The notes under the pieces are model-generated. The model was given only the letters and a program-made list of their open reading frames with translations, searched no databases and had not been told where the DNA came from. Both the position numbers and the translations under genes were made by a program. Below, piece by piece: positions 53,290 to 54,125 of a stretch of DNA of 54,125 nucleotides (positions are counted from its first letter, which is position 1; each line of letters begins with the position of its first letter). This DNA comes from Polyangiales bacterium. Lineage in GTDB: Bacteria; Myxococcota_A; Polyangia; Polyangiales; Houyiibacteriaceae. Where the stretch lies: NCBI GenBank assembly GCA_045106895.1, contig JBGCFM010000205.1:1-54125 (forward strand), read 5' to 3'.

Positions 53290-54125
53290 GCGAGTCGTTC
53301 GAGCTCCCCCCCCTCGCCTTTCAGCGCGATTCGGCGCCCTGAGCTATCGGCGGCGGAGTCAAAGTCGTAGTGGCTTCCGGCGATAAGCACGAAGGGTTCC
53401 GCCAACGCCGGAAACGCCCGCACAGACTTCCGGTAGTAGTCCGTGAGCGCCTCGAAATCACGTCGCGCGTGGGTCGCGGCTTTCTCCAGTTCCTCTGAAG
53501 TGACGCGTGGGACGACCTCGTACTGCATGAGGCGGATTCGTTTTGGTTCGGGACCTGGATACCCCTCCGCCAACCCGACACGCAGTACCCGCGGCGAGGG
53601 CCCCGCGGTCCCGTCCGCTGCTCTGGCAAAGTCCTCGCGGTAGACCTGACCTGAACGAAGACAAAGCAGATGGCGTCGAATGAGGCTCCGGCGCTGAAAG
53701 CCGCTAAGCGCTCCTCTGCCCACTTCAAGCAGCTGTCGGTCGCTCAGCTCTTCTCGTGGCCCACGCGCGCCGCCCTCCAAGGTCGCGTCGACACGCCCCA
53801 GCCAGGCGCTCACCCGCGGTGTTGGCGTGCCTCCGCTGTCCCGCAAGGCAGCCACCAGCCGCGCTGTACCGTCCAGCATATTGGCCACCTCTTCGGCGTC
53901 CCGCTTGTCGAGGGCGTCACGAAGACGCCCGATGCCTCGGGCAATGCCCAGGGGGGCTGGGGTCGGGAGAGATTCCTCAAGCGTCGCCAAGGCTTCCGTC
54001 ACCGAGGGGGCTCGGCGTGCCTCATCGACGCCAGTGCGAACGACAGCGGTGAGCAGATCACCCAGTATTTCAGTCAAAGGCGCGAAGGCATGCGCCTCTG
54101 GCAGGGTTGCGGGTTTCTCGCTTCG
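53157..54125 (-). CDS. Hypothetical protein, probably 5' truncated by the window edge
   Basis: Frame has no stop from 54125 to 53157; plausible composition; no recognised motif. Confidence 0.65.
   Translation of the reverse strand, partial: RSEKPATLPEAHAFAPLTEILGDLLTAVVRTGVDEARRAPSVTEALATLEESLPTPAPLGIARGIGRLRDALDKRDAEEVANMLDGTARLVAALRDSGGTPTPRVSAWLGRVDATLEGGARGPREELSDRQLLEVGRGALSGFQRRSLIRRHLLCLRSGQVYREDFARAADGTAGPSPRVLRVGLAEGYPGPEPKRIRLMQYEVVPRVTSEELEKAATHARRDFEALTDYYRKSVRAFPALAEPFVLIAGSHYDFDSAADSSGRRIALKGEGGELERLAQLRARAGVRWLAGTLSDEDGIIVLAVHSACVARDGELVFERIH

Noticed and set aside
1..54125. Mobile elements, prophage or known defence systems
   Set aside because: No integrase, transposase, phage structural, restriction-modification, toxin-antitoxin or cas motifs recognised, and no obvious compositional island by eye.

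Overview
GC-rich bacterial chromosomal segment with about 46 tightly packed CDSs. Gene content (MXAN_5808-type long S41 protease, Cys-rich lipoproteins, Hanks kinase, ylxR/ylxP-containing nusA-infB operon) suggests a myxobacterium, probably Polyangia-like; this is an inference. Housekeeping blocks: lysC, alr-mlaEF, ppiC-surA, mfd, rimP-nusA-ylxR/Q-infB-ylxP-rbfA-nrnA-truB, cca. I saw no rRNA, tRNA, CRISPR array, transposase or integrase. The most striking accessory feature is a tandem of three ~420-aa lipoproteins (24210-28076) whose vWA domains match, motif by motif, the three-metal-site betaI domain of animal integrin beta subunits, apparently inserted in a hybrid-like Ig fold. Also notable: a recurrent TAnnnT-N6-start pattern suggesting many leaderless mRNAs, an orphan Flp-type prepilin fused to a Gly-rich tether and C-terminal membrane anchor, an apparently extracytoplasmic polyamine module (DUF350, membrane SpeE, Tat flavoprotein, 4-His membrane protein), and a promoter-terminator leader before rimP. 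All family calls come from motif recognition by eye; no database search was run.
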